Shown here one piece after another: positions 46,866 through 61,265 of a stretch of DNA of 64,000 nucleotides. The DNA is from Isurus oxyrinchus (lineage: Eukaryota), in assembly GCA_026770705.1 (NCBI GenBank), contig JANJGN010000026.1, positions 40,052,001-40,116,000 on the forward strand. Reading direction: 5' to 3'. The number at the start of each line of letters is the position of its first letter. Positions within the stretch are counted from its first letter, which is position 1. The translations under genes and the position numbers were made by a program. The notes under the pieces are model-generated. The model had not been told where the DNA came from, did not search any database, and worked only from the letters and a program-made list of their open reading frames with translations.

Positions 46866-47989
46866 ATGTGAGTATGTTAGTTCCTTTCGGATTTCGTCTA
46901 GTTTGCATTTTGTTCGTGTAAGAGACAAACAGACACAACAAATTATTTTTTTCCTTCAGAGGATTAACTGGATTGTTCTTCTGATGGTTACTGACAATTA
47001 TTTCGCTCCACTACCTGTTTGGGAATTTCTAATGGGTCAAGCCTGCCACTTGCCGTTTTCTTTGGGTAAATTTGTTTTGTCGAATTTATCAAACTCGGAA
47101 TGGTCATTCGGACTCGAAACATTAACTTCGTCTTTATCTCCACAGATGCTGTCAAACCTGCTGAGTTTTTCCAGCAATTTTTGTTTTTGTTTCAGATTTC
47201 CAGCATCCACAGTATTTTCCTTTTATCATCAAACCCGGTATTTAGCCCATGATTTTTTTAAAAATTTATTTTAGCGTGGAAGGGACATTTTCTACATAGT
47301 GGTAAAGATTGTGGACGTTGTATTTTTATGTATTTTATTTGAAGTGACACTAAACCATAAAAATGAAGTATTATTAACAAAAAATAAAACATGTGCTCTA
47401 GGGTTTGGGCATCGCTGGCAATTCACCTTCTGGCTGTCCATCCATAAGCGGACCTTTCAACGTCTGGATCTCCCAACTTTAATAATGTGGCCCAGCATGT
47501 TTGGCGCATCCGTTTGAATTCGTGCCCCACATGGGCAAATAATGCATTGGAGAAGTGAACAACATTATGGGGTGTTTAACATCGAGCCAACAAGGGCACA
47601 AGTTAGAGGAATTCCTTAATGAAACGTCTTTAGTTATATCAGCCAAGTAAGAATGAGATCATTGAAGTTTGGCGGTAATGCAGAGGTGACCCAGGAGTTT
47701 AGTGCTTCAGCTTGAAGTCTGTGGGATGGGAGAAAAAACCTAAATAGTCTTTTCGGACTGTTATTGCACAAAGAGTGAACGACAATTGGACTGGTTTTTA
47801 CAGAGTGACAGAGTCCACAAATATGGAATTACCTCTGTATAGCTAGAGGGCATTGTAGGGGTTTGGTGTTTTCTATAAAGACGAATTAAATTGGATTCTT
47901 TTAACCTGATAATGGATGATCAGATGGAAATTAGGGGCAGAGAGTAAGGGTAAAGAGAATTTAGTTTGGTCGAATGCTTTCTCATCCGT

Positions 47990-48595
47990 CAGTATCCGCC
48001 AGAATCGGGCGACGAGCAGCTCACCTCCTGACTTCCCAAAGCCTGTCCACCATCTACAAGGCACAAGTCAGGAATGTGATGGAATACCCCCCACTGGCCT
48101 GGATGAGTGCAGCTCCCACAACACTCAATGAGCTTTTCACCATCCAGGACAAAACAGCCCACTTGGTTGGCACCACATCCACAAAAATTCATTCCATCCA
48201 CCACAGACACACAGTAGCAGCAGTGCATATCATCTAAAGATGCACTGCAGGAATTCACCTAGGGTCCTTCGACAGCACCTTCCAAACCCACGACCACTAC
48301 CACCTAGAAGGACAAGGCCAGCAAATATTCGGGAACACCACCACCTGGATGTTGCCCTCCAAGTTGCTCTCAATCATCATCCTGATTTGGAATTAAATCT
48401 CCGTTCCTTCACTGCTGCTAGGGTAAAATGCTGGAACTTCCTTCCTAACAGGACTGTGGTTGTATCTACGCCACATGGAATGCAGCAGTTCAAGAAGGTA
48501 GCTCCACACCTCTTTCTCAAAGGCAACTAGGGAAGGGCAATAAATGCTGGTCCAGCCAGCGAAGCCCACATCATGTCAATGAATAATAAAAAAGG
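47990..48595 (+). mobile_element. L2/CR1-group LINE 3' fragment
   Basis: HLLTSQSLSTIYKAQVRNVMEYPPLAW...; tail gggcaataaatgctgg...aataaaaaa. Confidence 0.9.
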
Positions 48596-49136
48596 CACCT
48601 TCTGACTTTGAGGTTGATCTGCTGCAGTGATAACACCAACACAATAATTGAATCCCTCGAGGTGGCGTGGAATAAATTGTACTTTGACAATTTCCGCAAT
48701 TTAACTAATAAAAAATGAGCAGCATCTTGTGTGGTGATCTACTGTGGCTATCTGTAAGCGTGCAAGTGTGTTGTGTGTGTGTGTGTGAGGGGGTTGGGGG
48801 GGTGTGGGGTTCGGGGATGTGTGTGTGCACCTGTGTGTTCATCGGTATGTGACTATGCGGATGTCCAGTGTTCTTGGTGAGGTTTGTACTGCCCAGCGGA
48901 GGGCGCTTCCTGATTCCCCTGCAACATGATGTGCTTGCTCAGAGAGATCTAAATGTTGAAGAGATTCCTACCAGCCTTCGGTAGCCTTGCCGCTGTTTTT
49001 AATTTCCGCAACCCACCGCCCCTCTCCTCGCCACACGACCCACTGCCCCCTGCACACACCCCCCACCTCACACCACGCCCACAACCGTTATGTACCATTG
49101 ATCAAAATTTCTCATTCTACAGCTCAGGCTAGGACG

Positions 49137-49355
49137 ATGGAAGTGGGATTTTGGCATTGGTTATTGTCCTGATGCCTGGTCAGTGAGATTGGGACATTGC
49201 TACAATATTCCACCATTTTGCATAATTTCCCAAATCCATCTCTGGTGACCATCCTGTTTCCGATACTTCACCTAACTCATTGTGTGGCCACTTTTCATTT
49301 TCAGAGATAAGTAACGGCCATTCAGTGCCCCAGTCGAATCAAGAAATCAAATCAG
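49137..49355 (+). pseudogene. V relic: frameshifted leader and exon stub; CTCF-like motif at 48891-48908
   Basis: ..SGILALVIVLMP|gtcagt; tttcag|EISNGHSVPQSNQEIK then breaks off. Confidence 0.6.
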
Positions 49356-49964
49356 ATGCTTCCCCAGGAAATTATAAAGGAAATGAATGAGAAAATACAT
49401 CCTGAACCAGGCAGGTTTGTCCAGCTTGAATCATCTCTGTCAGTCTAAAGAAAATTTAAATTTCTCGATCATTTCAAGTTAGGATCAAGTTCAGATATTC
49501 CCGCCCCCGGTTTTAGTAAAAATATGTAGATTTCTGAATGAATACCAGAGCCCCCATCTCCTGGCTTGACCCTTCAGGTCAAATTTTGAAAAGATCCCTC
49601 ACCGTTGCAGAGTCATGATCGCCTAATTACGTCCCTCATTCTCTTTCGGTTAAGACTAGTCATGCAACCCATTGTCTGTGGAATGATTTTGATTATTTTC
49701 CACTTCACGTGTTACAGGGGGGATTGGGGGTGGAGGAGGGAGACAGACAGAGAGAGAGAAACAGAGAGGGGGGGTCAAAGCGCGAGAGAGAAAGACAGAA
49801 AGAAAGAACGAATGAAAGAAAGAAAGTCAGAGGGATAGAGAGACAAGCCAAACCACCATCCTGCATTCACACAGTAAGTGGAATACCTTCTGTCTTTAAT
49901 ATCAGAAAGAATGGTCAATAAATTTAAAACATTCTGCGATTCTCTATCATATTCAAAACCAGAT

Positions 49965-50375
49965 ATTACGTGCTCCCATGTCTCTTTCTGATAATAGCAT
50001 TCATGAGCTTATTTACTCCCGGAATTTCGACAAACTTTGTGTTTTTGTTACAGGAACCAGTGGCCAAGATTCAGTGTCTCAGGATCCTCCTGAATTAATG
50101 GTTCAAGGAAGACAGACGCCGATCTGTAGTTACGCCACATCCACCAGCAAACTCGACTGATACATCAAATATCCCGGTGGTGTTCCGAGATTTTTACTGA
50201 AGAGTTTTGGTGATGGGCAAGGACATAATTCTCCAGTTTTCTCAGAAAGGTTTTCTCCTGATTTGGGTAAAAAGAAGAAACCTGCCCATTTAACCCTTGT
50301 CCCTGACTCTGCCGCGTATCACTGAGCACAGAGCCCCATGTTGTTACAGAGCCACAGTCAAGGTGTAAAAAACGC
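49965..50375 (+). pseudogene. TCR V pseudogene (DSVSQDP family); exon 50054-50336
   Basis: GTSGQDSVSQDPPELMVQGRQTPICSYATSTSKLD*YIKYPGGVPRFLLKS...ERFSPDL...PDSAAYH*A. Confidence 0.85.
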
Positions 50376-50934
50376 GAGAAGGCGCCCTCATCTACCGTCT
50401 CAGAATCAGTTCTGTGGCCTGGATTGTTAACTGGTAATAGAACCGAAATTAAAGACTAGTATGGCTGAATGGCACATTGCTACGTTGCAGGCCCTGTGTC
50501 ATTCTCTGGAGCCTTCCTCTTAATATCAGCTGTGGGTGTTTTCCATGGTCAGTAAGCAGCACCTTTAATGCAGCCTGCGGAATTCATACAAGGACAACAT
50601 TAACCATTTACCTTCATTGCCAACTCCTCACACACTGAGCCCTATGAAAGGGCCAACGTTTAGTTGAATCCTCATCTCGATCCCCGCTGGAGGAATAATA
50701 ACTTCACTGATCCGTTGCAGTCCTCTCTGACGCAACTAACTGGAGAGTAATGGACCTGTGGGCTGATTGGATGAATTGGGGGACAAAGGATCGTGGAGCT
50801 GATTGGTCGTCACTTGATGACTCTTTAAGGAATGGACGAATCGCTGGGGAGACCGGATATAAATGAACATCTTTAACTCCTCAATTACAGATTCAGTCCA
50901 TTCTGTTTCAATCCACTGCCAATTCGGGGCAAAG

Positions 50935-51230
50935 ATGTTGGCTTTTGCTTTTTATTCATTTCTCACAGCTGCAGCTCTCTTACCCGGTAAGTCTACAAGT
51001 TAGACAATCTTCCTCTTGCAGGACTCATTGACATTCATTTAATGATGTTTCCCTCTACCTACATTGTGATCTGTTACATTATGCTGCTAGTTATCATAAA
51101 ATGACAATAAAATAAGATATTAACTTTCTTTATACCTAAATATCTGCAGAAACTCAGGGTGCAGACTCCATCTCACAAGAGCCGGTTACATCAATGTGAT
51201 TTGTAGGAGATGAGGTGACAATTAAGTACT
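50935..51230 (+). pseudogene. Truncated member of the C23Y/W41L family (leader 50935-50986)
   Basis: MLAFAFYSFLTAAALLP|gtaagt; ETQGADSISQEPVTSM*FVGDEVTIKY*. Confidence 0.82.
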
Positions 51231-52889
51231 GAAATTGGGCAGCTTTGGCACTGAGACATAATCCCAGCCTGATGGGATAAATGGAAGTGGATATTAATTC
51301 ATTCTGCAGGACTCGCTGATGAGGTGTCATTATTTGTCCTCATTATTTGTCCTCGAATTACGACTCCAATCCCAGAGAAATGTGACTGGCTCTTTAAAGC
51401 TTTGACAAATGAAAGAAAGTTGTGCGTTGTAGCAGGGCAAACAGAGATGGGACACAAATATAAAGAAAAGGTGAAGGAAATACTGAGTAGGTCGGGCAGA
51501 ATCTGAGAATAACAACAATATAATTAATGTTCTGGGACAGTGACCTTTCATCAGAACTAGGACGCTTTTACTTGGAAATGAAGGGGAGGGAGAGAAGAAG
51601 AACAGAAGGGACGAACTATGATGGGGTGCGGGGAGAAGAGATTAAATAAAAAAAATATTCATGGTTCAGGACCAAACGTGCAGAAACTGGACATGTAAAG
51701 AAACAGAAAATGTGTCCATAGGATGTGTGAATGGCAGGTTTCTGAAAAGTAGGATTCAAAAAGCAAAGAAAATGGAATAAGGGCACATCAGAAACGCAAA
51801 ACAAAACCAACTGGCGAGGAAAATAGAAATAAAATTGGAAATCAAGTCGGCTGGCCAGTAATGCCCACATCCGGAGGATGAAGAAAACTTCCTGAGTCAT
51901 TACAACACATGATTGTTACATCTCAAAATCATCATTGCATCCTTTCCCCTTCCTTCTCAGTCTACTAACTTTAATTAAAGTTACGGAAAATTCTCTAGTT
52001 CATCTTCTTTATGTCTAAAACACTTTAGTCCAGTTTTGGTGACTTGATGAGCTCTTTGTGTGGTCGACAATTTCACTTGAAATGTTCAGTTTCACAATGA
52101 AAACAGGCCTGTTTTCCATTACAGGAATTCCCAGCAGGGAACAGATTCGTTTTAAATCAATTAACATCAATGGTTCATTGCAACACATGTAGGTGATTCC
52201 CTCATGGAGGGGCGGGCTCCACTCTCGGGAATGGATGGAGTCTGTTGCGTGATCCGGACATTGCACACAGCGCTCTGAGGCAGATTCTCCTCAAGAAAAC
52301 GCTAAATTAAAATTAAAAAGTGCATTTTTCTGCATCCTGGAAATTAGAGATTTAAACAAGAATTAAGTGCATATAACGAACGGTGCTAGAAACAGGAGTA
52401 AGGCAAGTTACGAAATGCATCTGAATCCAATAAGTGGTTTCTTCACAAGTTAGTTCAAATGTCTTACCCAATCATTAAACTGCCCAATCACCAGAATTGT
52501 TTTGGGAAACCCGAATACATTGGATAAGGCTTCATGTAAATATGTTCAAGGCTGGGTGAGACAGATTTTTGATCCACCAGATAATCTCCTGTTATGGCTG
52601 ACATGTAGGAGAGTGGAGTTAAAACACAGTCAGATCAACCATCTAACTGACTGGCCGAGCAGACTTAAGCGCCAAATGGCTGCTCGTGCTCCTATTACTT
52701 ATCTTCTTAATTCTTAAGTTCTTTTGCAACACGCCTAAGAAGAAATCACCTGGCCGTTATGACTTTGCTGTGTGTGGAATCTTGTTGTTTGTGTATTCAC
52801 CGCCAAGTATCATATATTACAACAGTTGATTGGCTGTGAGGATCTTTGGGATATCGTGTCCTTCTGAAATGCGCTATAAATACACGAAG

Positions 52890-53410
52890 GAGAAAGATAG
52901 ATAAGATAGAGAGCTAGAGGGAGCCAGAGGGAAATGTCAGAAAGAAAGAGAGAAAGAGAAACGGGTAAAAAAAAAGAGTAAAGGAGAGATAGAGAAAAAA
53001 GTGAAAGGCATATATAGAGAGAAAGCAAGATAGAGAAAGAGCGATAGAGAAAAAGAGCGAGATAAAGAGAAAAATAGATAGACGCTCATACAGTCACGGT
53101 GAGGAAATTCGAAAGAGAGGAGAAAAAGGGGGAAGAGAAAGAGATGGCAGGAAACATACAAATTTAAGGCGATAGAGAGGTCAGGGTGGGGGCAGGGATG
53201 GAGAGACAAAGAGAAAAGGATGAGATGATAAGAGAGGGCCGATATAGGGAATCATACACAAAGAGAGAGAAAGAGAGAAGGGTATGGAGAATCAGAGAGA
53301 GAGGGGAAAAGGATGTAGAAAAGAGAATGAGAGAGCTGGGCACAGAGAGGGAGGATATGGAAAATCAGACACAGAAAGTTAGGCAAAGAAAGATTAGGAG
53401 AGAAATTAGA
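52890..53410. repeat. GA-rich low-complexity tract; (CA)n at ~53567-53603
   Basis: Direct. Confidence 0.9.
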
Positions 53411-53565
53411 GAGTTTCATACTCACCATCCCATAGGTAGGTTCTGTATTCCCTTGACGGACCCTCACACTCCTTCTGCCTCCCTTCCCATGGCGAGGAGA
53501 GAGACCCTGGGCAAGGGGTTTGGGCTGGGTGGGGGGTGGTTTAAAATATCAGAGCTGGAACACAG

Positions 53566-53606
<41 letters not shown>

Positions 53607-54756
53607 GACAGTCAGAGAAACCAGATTCAGGCATTGATGCTCGCCCAAAGCCGCGTGGTCTAGAAAAAGACACATTGATTCTCCAAACCTCTTATACCTC
53701 CCATGCCTGTCAGTCAAGCTTTCTGCATCTCCCAAATTATAACCCCCTCCCGTCCCCCCCCCCCTCCCGCCATCCAACCAGCTTTCAGCTACCTCCACCT
53801 GAGGCACACCAACCCCAGGTGTGGCACAGAACAACCGAAATTTTTGTTTGACTTGGGCGTTGGAAAACAGCAGGTAAATGATTCAGTGCAGGGTTGTCTC
53901 CCCCACTCTCTCTCTCTTCCCCCACCCTCCACATCAGTCTCACACCTCAGGAACTATGGAGCTGAGAATCTGCAACTTGGAACTAAAGGAGGGAGCAGTT
54001 GGGGATCAGACATTCATTCTGTAGCTCATTTTATGCCGGACTGAAGTAGGTAGACTGTTCCATCATCTGCTGCTTTATACTAACATTCCATCAAGTTCAA
54101 ACTTCAACACTTTCTCCCCGCTGTGTCTGTTGCTCACTGCATTGACTATTTCCATTCAGCTTTACAGGACCATCTCTTGAGTCCACTGGAAAACTATGAC
54201 TCAGTCCAGCTCTTTGCGCTTCAGACCTTACCGGTGCCAATGACACCGGGGCCAGGCTGCATGGTTCATGGCAGTGAACTTAGTGCTGAGCAGTCAATGG
54301 TCCAGGCGTTTAAAACGTTCAGAGATATTGAAATCCTTTAGCACATGAAGGTGAGGGAGGGGGAGGGAAAGAATTAAAGTGCGTTTGGTCTGCGATCTGA
54401 TGGAAAATGGGGACAGGTGAAATGCTGCTTGGTGCCTTAGCGAGGCTGATCTGGACAGACATGCAGTGGCTCCTTTCTTTCAGCCCGAGTGGGCTGCATG
54501 ATGCAGGACTCTGTGTTCTTTGGTCTGTACACAAACGCACACATTGAGATAAACATCAACTCCTGTACCATGCGGCAACAAGGCTGGAAACTGTGCAGTT
54601 AGTTTCCCAAAGAATACACTTTATTCATGGAATATTTGAAAATGCATTGATTGCAGGACATAAAGTGCAGTGCAGTTCACTCTCCTTCAGTGCAGTGTGC
54701 GTGTGGCACTCTGAGCCACTTCTATACAGTTCCAAATTGGTTAGATTTACAATTAA

Positions 54757-57080
54757 AACAATAAACTGTGGATGCTGGAAATTGAAAACAAAAACAGAAT
54801 TACCTGGAAAAGCTCAGCAGGTCTGGCAGCATCGACGGAGAAGAAAAGTGTTGATGTTTCAAGTCCCCATAACCCTTCCACACAACTGAGTGAATATAAG
54901 CAGAGGGGTGAAATATAAGCTGGTTTAAGGTGGGGGGGAGGGGGAGAAGTGGTTGGGGGGGGGCGGCAGTGTGGTTGTAGGGACAAGCACGCTGTGATAG
55001 GAGCAGATAATCAAAAGATGTCACAGACAAAAGAACAAAAGAACACAAAGGTGTTGAAGGTAGTGATATTATCTAAAGGAATGTGCTAATTATGAATGGA
55101 TGGTAGGGATGAGAGGAAGTGAAGGGGCAGGTGTTGCATCTTTTGCGTGGGCATGGAGAGGTGCCATAGGTAGGGGTTGAGGAGTAGGGGTTGATGAAGG
55201 AGTGGACAAGGGTGTCCCGGAGGGAACGATTCCTACGGAATGCCGCTGGCGGGGGGTGGGGGTGGGGTGTAAAGGAGAAATGTGTTTGGTGGTGGCATCA
55301 TGCTGGAGTTGGCAGAAATGGTGGTGGATGATGCTTTGAATGCAGAGGCTGGTGGGATGATAAGTGAGGACAAGGGAGAACCTATCATGTTTCTGGGAGG
55401 GAGGAGAAGGCATGAGGGTAGATGCGCAGGAGATAGGCCAGACACGGTTGAGGGCCCTGTCAACGACCATGGGTGGAAAACCTCGGCTAAGGAGGAAGGA
55501 GGACATGTCAGAGGAACTGTTTTTGCAGGTAACATCATGAGAACAGATGCGACAGAGGCGAAGGAACTGAGAGAATGGGATGGAGTCCTTACAGGAAGTG
55601 GGGTGCGAGGAGCTGTAGTCGAGGTTGCTTTTGGAGTCTGTAGGCTTGTAATGGATATTGGTGGACAGTATATCACCAGAGATTGAGACAGAGAGGTCAA
55701 GGAAGGGAAGGGAATTTTCAGAGATGGACCATGTGAAAATGATGGAGGGGTGGAGATTGAAAGCAAAATTAATAAATTTTTCCAAGTCCCGACGAGAGCA
55801 TGAAGCAGCACCGAAGTAATCATCGATGTACCGGAGAAAAAGTTGTGGAACGGGGCTGGAGTAGGACTGGAACAAGGAACGTTCCACATACCCCATAAAG
55901 AGACAGACATAGCTGGGGCCCAAGCGGGTACCCATAGCCACACCATTTATTTGGAGGAAGTGAGAGGAGTTAAAGGAGAAATTGTTCAGTGTGAGAACAA
56001 GTTCAGCCAGACGGAGGAGAGTAGTTGTGGATGAGGATTGTTCGGGCCACTGTTCGAGGTAGAAGCTAAGGGCCCTGAGAACATCCTGGTGGGGGATGAG
56101 GTGTAGAGGGAATGGACGTCCATGGTGAAGACGAAGCGGTTGTGGCCAGGGAACTGGAAATTGTTGATGTGATGTAAGGTGTCAGAGGAATCACTTCCTC
56201 TCTCCTCACCGTCCAAGGGCCCAAGCATTCCTTTCAAGTGAAGCAGCATTTCACTTGCATTTCACCCAACTTAGTCTACTGCATTCGTTACTCCCAATGT
56301 GGTCTCTTCTACATTGGAGAGACCAAGCGTAAACTGGGCGACCGCTTTGCAGGACACCTGCGGTCTGTCTGGAAGAATTACCCAAACCTCCCTGTCACTT
56401 GTCATTTTAACACTCCACCCTGTTCTCTTGCCCAGATGTCTGTTCTTGGCTTGCTGCATTGTTCCAGTGAAGCCCAATGCAAATAGGAGGAACAGCACAT
56501 CATCTTCCTACGAGGCACTTTACACCCTTCGGGACTGAATATTGAATTCAACAACTTTAGATATTGAACTCCCTCCTCCATCCCCACCTCCTTTCAGTTT
56601 CTTCCCCCACCTTCTGTTTTTTCCAATAATTTATGTGGATTTTTCTTTTCCCACCTATTTCCATTATTTTTAAATATTTTATGCCCTGCTACTCTTTCCA
56701 CCCCACCCCCATTAGAGCTGTACCTTGAGTGCCCTACCATCCATTCTTAGTAAGCACATTCGTTTAGATAATATCACTGCCTTCCACACCTTTGTGTTCT
56801 TTTGTTCTTTTGTCGGTGACATCTTTTGATTATCTGCTCCTATTTCTGCTTGCTTGTCCCTACAACCACACCACCACCCCACCACTTATCTCCCCGCACC
56901 CCCCCCCCCCACCAACAGACCCCCCTCCCCCACCTTAAACCAGCTTATATTTCAACCCTCTCCTTATATGCACTCAGTTGTGTGGAAGATTCATGAGGAT
57001 TCGAAATGTCAACTCTTTTCTTCTCCGCCGATGCTGCCAGACCTGCTGAGTTTTTCCAGGTCATTCTGTTTTTTATTTTC
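54757..57080. mobile_element. Penelope-like element, inverted arms: RT remnant (-, ~55090-56190) and GIY-YIG remnant (+, ~56190-56570)
   Basis: MAMGTRLGPSYVCLFMG...FLRYIDDYFG; LVYCIRYSQCGLFYIGETKRKLGDRF; inverted terminal repeats. Confidence 0.92.
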
Positions 57081-57289
57081 TGAAGCATTGTCTTCCAGAG
57101 ATCGGACTGATGACACTCCCGAAGTTCAAGAGATCTCCCGCACACTTTGCCATGTATTAAACGAATCACAGCTCTTATACAGCTTCCAGCTTCGAAGACA
57201 GTGGTTTTCCGGTTTTATTTCTGCATTGATTTCCATTCCTCCATAACTCCCACTTGAACCACGATGTGTGCTCACAGCTCAAGTCCGCG

Positions 57290-57612
57290 AGGGTCACTGT
57301 AAATGCAGTGAGACAACTTTGCTGGACTCTCTCTGTATCAACACGCATTGTGCTCACTAAATGTATCACAATTGTATTGAAGCTGCTCAGAGTGCAACAT
57401 GATCTATGTCGATAACTTGAATAGCGTTGCACTTTCTGACTGTCTGTAATGACCATGTTGAAATGCCTGTAATGTTCATTGATTGTATTGAAGGTCCTCA
57501 TGTCCTATGTTGAAAAGTTGAATATGATTGCAACTTTTGTGATGATCACTTTGAAATGTTATGGAATGTTCTTTCAGGTATTTTATGAATAAAGTATATT
57601 TTTCTCCAAAAA
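57290..57612 (+). mobile_element. Probable Tx1 LINE 3'UTR
   Basis: TG-rich UTR ending ttttatgaataaagtatattt...aaaaaa. Confidence 0.5.
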
Positions 57613-59333
57613 AGCATAGTACTCATATTTATTTACTGGGATCTCACTTGGTCTTTCGGATTAAACATGGAGCTGCAATGGATTTATCTACCTTACCAAT
57701 GTTAGAAATAAAAGTCATGAATCTATCGCTTCAGCTGTTTGTTCACCGACCTGGAACTAAAGTGTATGTTGTAGCTTAATTACCCCTCTGGAGACTGTCA
57801 ACTGGTATAAATGAGGGACCCTTTGAAAGCGTCGCAGATTTAAGATGTGCATCATTCAGAATCTCTTTGGTTTCTGAAAGACGATGCACGGGCCAGAGAA
57901 TGGAGCATTCTATGCCATTTACTACCCCGTTCTCGCTTTTATTGGTGTCCCGGGTGAGTTAAGAATCCCAAATAAATTATTTATTTTTTTGTAAATCCCC
58001 AAAATGCTGTCCCGTCTCTTTCTGGATCGCGCTGAACTTTCGTAATATTCGGCACTGTGTAAGTATAGAGGACTTACTGGATTATGGTGTATTATAGTGC
58101 ATTACTTGCATTTGCATTGTTCAATAAATTATGCGGCGAACTTAGCGAACAACCGTCTATTAGATTGCAGAAATGTTAATTATAATGCATGGCATTTTAT
58201 GCACTTTATATTGTTGAACAATAGAAAATATTCTAATGTAGTAAAATGCATTCTGATGTTTTTCGTATTAGATGGAACAATAGCGTATCTTAGAGCCATA
58301 AAATGCATTCCCGGGCACTGATTTTATAAAAGTACTGAAAATTAATCTAAAGCGCAATCATTATTCAAGATGGATCGTGATGTTACAATTCATTCAATGA
58401 TTCCACTAATCCCCAAGGCGGCGCCTGAAAGCATGTTCTAGTTACAACGTTGTGTGTTCCCACTTGGCAATTCCTTTTGTAAATGTGGCCATAGGAATGA
58501 ATAATGGAAACTTTTGGCTGAGGTGAATTGGGGTGCAAGATTTTTAACCAGTTGTCTATTTTGTTGGGTGGGGTTAGGTTTTGTGCATTTAGACTTTATT
58601 TTGGATAATTATGTTTTTTATTGAATAATGGCATGTGGCTGGCACTGGGAGGGTCAGCATTTATTGTCCGTCCCTCCTTTCCATTTGAGGAATTTGAGTT
58701 GCACTTTTTTATCTTGAGTCTCTGCAGCACGAAAGGTGTAAATGTTTCACAGAATTCTTGACAAACAAATTTGATAAGGAATCGCACAAAGATATATGAG
58801 GCCAGATGTCAAAACGTTTGATCAAAGAAGTACGTTTTTAAAAACAATTGAAAAATAAGTAAAGAGAGACGGAGGGTGGGTTCGGAATTCTTTATCTCAG
58901 AAGATGAAAGAATAAATTTTAGTGATGGAGCGGTTAATATCAGGGATGCTCATGGGAGCAGAGTTGGATGTACGCTGTGATCTCAGATTGTTTTAAGGCT
59001 GCAGGATTTTACAGGGATCTGGAGTGGCGACGCTAAAGATCGGTTTGAAAATCAGGAAGAGAATATTGAAATTGAGGCTTTAACGGACAAGGGTCCAGTG
59101 TAGCTCAGTGAGCAAAGTGGTGATTGATCAACGGGACTTGGTGTGGGTAAGGGTATGGGGAGCAATTTCTTTTTTGAATGAGTTCAATAACGATGATTTA
59201 GACAAGGATAAAAAGAGCAATAAAACTGCGGTAAATAGACCTGTCTATTTTGCTTTCCAGGAACCCAGGATGAAACTCTTCCCATCCACAAAAGCACATA
59301 AGAAAGCTTATCGAAGCTGTAAGTGCTCACTGA

Positions 59334-59372
59334 GGTTTTTGTACGGGGTTCTAGCTGTGATCTAACGCTGTG
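59334..59372 (-). other. 23-RSS
   Basis: CACAGCG-23-ACAAAAACC. Confidence 0.95.
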
Positions 59373-59901
59373 CCTCATTGCACAGTAATACACCGCCCCG
59401 TCCTCCACACTCAGTTCGCTTATGTTGAGGTAACCGTTCTTTTGAGACATATCAGCAGCTGCCAGATACCGTCCTGAAAGTTCATTTTTCTTCAGTGCTA
59501 AGACATTGGTAATAATCCATGTTGGTGGCTGTGCCGTCTGCTGCCGATACCATTGCATGTAGTTTAGATTCCGATCTGTATATTCACAGTCTAATTGCAC
59601 CGAACCCCCTTCCGACGCCGTTATTGCGACCGGGGACTGAGTTACTGGATCTGCGCATCGTCCGCCTGTGAGGTAGAGGAATGAAATATCAAGCGGTTAA
59701 ACAGTGTTGATCTCAATTTGTTTGTAGCTGTTTGGGTTTGCAGAACCTCCTATCTACCTAGCTGTCCATACTATGGATATTTCTGATCGTGAATTCTATT
59801 AAATACTATCGCAATCTCTGTACACTAATCTACCGATCTGCCTTGATTAACTAAATCCAGTACTTACTGTCGAACAGCGCCGTCAGTATTATCAGCAACA
59901 T
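59373..59901 (-). CDS. TRAV/TRDV: Intact TCR alpha/delta V segment (leader 59868-59901, exon 59373-59665)
   Basis: MLLIILTALFD|SGRCADPVTQSPVAITASEGGSVQLDCEYTDRNLNYMQWYRQQTAQPPTWIITNVLALKKNELSGRYLAAADMSQKNGYLNISELSVEDGAVYYCAMR; C23, W41, C104 present. Confidence 0.95.
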
Positions 59902-60024
59902 GTCAGACTGAATCTCTCTCTCAACGAATGTGAATGGAATGAGCGAGAGACGGAGAAGGAGAGAGGGAACCGAGGCTCTGCCCAGCTCATTGTTCCACCC
60001 GCACACTGCAGGGGGCAAGGCCCA

Positions 60025-60120
60025 TTGTGACCTCACTCAGGAAACCATCCCTATTGGTTTCGGCTTTTCCACCACGTGACTTATTGACGCCCATGCTTGA
60101 ATTTGGCACCCTCCGCTGGT
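60025..60120 (-). promoter_or_regulatory. Promoter of the intact V: TGAGGTCA, CCAAT, CACGTG, CTCF-like CACCAGCGGAGGGTGCC
   Basis: Conserved with two paralogs. Confidence 0.65.
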
Positions 60121-60839
60121 GATTTCGGTTAAACCAGTGTTCGGATGAGGCCGTTGAATAGATTCAGGGTTTATTGAAATGCATATCAAGAAACGAATGC
60201 TCCCCAAGAATCTGAATTGGACCTGTTCAGACAGTCTTTGCGGCTGCTGATGTTTGGGTTGGGCTTGATGTTAAATCTGTAGAAATGATTGCTGGAGTTC
60301 TCTGTCCAAATCCTGAGCACTACGAAGTAGAAGGAATGTCAAGAGTTTGGAGAAAGTGCGGACGCTTCACATCAGAATGGCGCCAGACATGTGGACATTT
60401 ATGCGAACAGACTAGGCAAACGTGGATGCTTATCCTCGCAACAAAGAAGGTGGAAGAGAGATTCAATTGATGTGCCAAAAATTGTCCTTTATTCAGAGTA
60501 GAACGCTGTTTCTTCCATTGTCAGAAGATTCAATAACCGAATCACTTCGATTTCATGAAAAGATTATAGGGAAAGATTTGTTTTATTTATTACATTGCAT
60601 ATGTTACCATCTTGAATACGATGCTTGAAATAATGGAGAAAGAGGATTCAATCATAAATTTCAATGCGGAATTGTCATAATTTGGAAAAGGAAAACAACG
60701 TGGAAAATGCGGGCTCTGAAAGGCGATTGGGATCGGTCTTTCAAATAGACACAAATACGCTAAGTGGAGTCCTCATTCCACCCCCTAACTTACAATGCTT
60801 CTGCTCCCTTCCTGCCACTCCCACACTATTTATTCTCAG

Positions 60840-61015
60840 TCACTTGATGAGTGAACAGGTGCACGATGCTCACGGTTTCCTGGAGCTTCAACCGTCGCTA
60901 TTTCCGCTGCAACACTTCCGGCTGCAGCTGTTCGTCGCCGCGCACTTGTATCAGTTTTCAATCTGCTGCATCCCCGGCCACAGCTTCCGTTTGTTCCTCT
61001 CCTCAGACCCGAATT
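60840..61015 (+). promoter_or_regulatory. Orphan distal promoter fragment of the TVEQ family
   Basis: agtga.cag.tgca.gat...ttcaaccgtcgctatttccgct shared with 10204-10330 and 24710-24850. Confidence 0.7.
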
Positions 61016-61019
61016 TGTC

Positions 61020-61265
61020 AAAAACAGTTTGATCTTTAATTGATTTGACAGTTTGATCGTTAATCGATCTGAGAGACTTAAGTTGAAAAATGAGGTACTT
61101 CCTGGAGGCGATGTGGCCCGTTAATCGTATGTCTAGAATTAGCACAAAAAGGCGGAAAAGAGTTTAATCTCTAATGGATCTGAGAGATAGTTTAATCTCT
61201 AATCGATCATGGGAGACAGTTTTCTCTCTAATTCATCTGAGAGACAGTTTGATCTTTAATTGATC
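61020..61265. repeat. Degenerate ~31-bp tandem repeat
   Basis: gagacagtttgatctttaattgatct units. Confidence 0.7.

Noticed and set aside
53186-53851. 221-aa ORF
   Set aside because: Low-complexity GA/CA/C-rich sequence with no domain features.
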